In this document: positions 63,217 through 64,000 of the stretch, piece after piece | How the letters are laid out: each line of letters begins with the position of its first letter | How positions within the stretch are numbered: the first letter of the stretch is position 1 | Source: Capsulimonadaceae bacterium | Lineage (GTDB): Bacteria; Armatimonadota; Armatimonadia; Armatimonadales; Capsulimonadaceae | Length of the DNA stretch: 64,000 nt | Reading direction: 5' to 3' | NCBI GenBank assembly: GCA_965215505.1 | Contig: OZ244065.1 | Coordinates: forward strand, 3,328,001-3,392,000 | Translations under genes and position numbers: made by a program | Notes under the pieces: generated by a model | The model's input: the letters and a program-made list of their open reading frames with translations, nothing else | Database searches by the model: none | What the model was told of the DNA's origin: nothing

Positions 63217-64000
63217 TCACCCCACGTCCTCCACCCGCACCTCACGCCCCAGCCGCGCCGACTCATAGCCTGCCAGGACCACGCGCAGGTTCTCCCGCCC
63301 GGCCTCGCCGGGCGCGGGGTTCGGCGCACCGTCCAGCACCACGTCCAGGTAGTTGCCGATCATGGCGGCGAAGTCGTCCCCGCGCTCCGCAATCAGCACC
63401 TCGCGCCGGTCCGGCAGGTCGGGCCGGTGCAGGACCAGAGCGCCGAGCGGCCCGCCCAATGTTAATGCCCCGTCCGTCCCGTAGGCGATGAAGTTCGGCT
63501 GGGGGACCCAGGTGCCCGCCGCCTGTGAGGAAAAGAGCGTCCCCAGGTGCCCGCCTTCATAGCGGGCGCTCAGAGCCGAAGTGTCTTCGCCGCCCAACTC
63601 CTCCCGGAACCGGGTGGTCAGGCAGGAAACGGACTCAATCGGCCCGGCGATCTTCAGCATCAGGGCGAGGGCGTGGATGCCGCTGTCCAGGAGCTGCCCG
63701 CCGCCCGTGACGGCCGGGTCGTAGCGCCAGGCCGTCCCAAGGATCTTGCCGCCCTGCCAGTACGCAAAGGTGGCCTGCGTCCCGACCAGACGCCCGATGC
63801 GGCCCGCCGCGACGGCGCGTTCGGCCTGCACGGCGGCCGGCAAAGTCAGGTTCGTCTCGCCGTAGTAGAGGGTGACGCCTGACTCTTGGGCCGCCGCGAT
63901 CATGGCGTCGCACTCGGCCAGCGTTTTCGCCAGCGGCTTCTGGCACAGGACGTGCTTGCCGGCCCGCGCGGCGGCGACGGCGGCCTCGGCGTGGAGGTGG
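63217..64000 (-). CDS. Gfo/Idh/MocA family oxidoreductase, 3' part; starts beyond the window
   Basis: HAEAAVAAARAGKHVLCQKPLA, GGGQLLDSGIH, YESARLGREV. Confidence 0.9.
   Translation of the reverse strand, partial: HLHAEAAVAAARAGKHVLCQKPLAKTLAECDAMIAAAQESGVTLYYGETNLTLPAAVQAERAVAAGRIGRLVGTQATFAYWQGGKILGTAWRYDPAVTGGGQLLDSGIHALALMLKIAGPIESVSCLTTRFREELGGEDTSALSARYEGGHLGTLFSSQAAGTWVPQPNFIAYGTDGALTLGGPLGALVLHRPDLPDRREVLIAERGDDFAAMIGNYLDVVLDGAPNPAPGEAGRENLRVVLAGYESARLGREVRVEDVG

Overview
High-GC (about 70% by eye) bacterial chromosomal segment with roughly 50 protein genes and no rRNA, tRNA, CRISPR array, integrase or transposase that I can support. Most content is housekeeping or catabolic: GH9 3' end, luciferase-like monooxygenase, DeaD helicase, two-domain ThyX, BlaI/BlaR1 pair, ECF sigma/anti-sigma, PAS-GAF-PP2C phosphatase, phosphoesterase, FAH, Uma2, S8 protease, AraC-PhyH-PhyH-GH2 and a Gfo/Idh/MocA oxidoreductase. 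These genes are interspersed with many GTAG-type REP and REPIN-like palindromes. The accessory stretch at about 3.5-9.3 kb is the most interesting. It holds an orphan small-RNA-like unit with a near-consensus promoter, a deleted ALDH pseudogene, and an animal-type heme peroxidase bracketed by two diverged copies of a coding gene-tail plus terminator. It also holds a low-GC gene fusing a TIR-STING/Pycsar-type TIR domain to a ThsA-like Macro domain, co-oriented with an orphan XRE antitoxin-like gene; this is my best candidate for an undescribed antiphage effector. A second notable architecture is a secreted 3xPOTRA-2x aspartyl protease-2xPDZ protein. All family assignments come from motif recognition by eye, not database searches. 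The gene style suggests Armatimonadota, but that is a weak inference.
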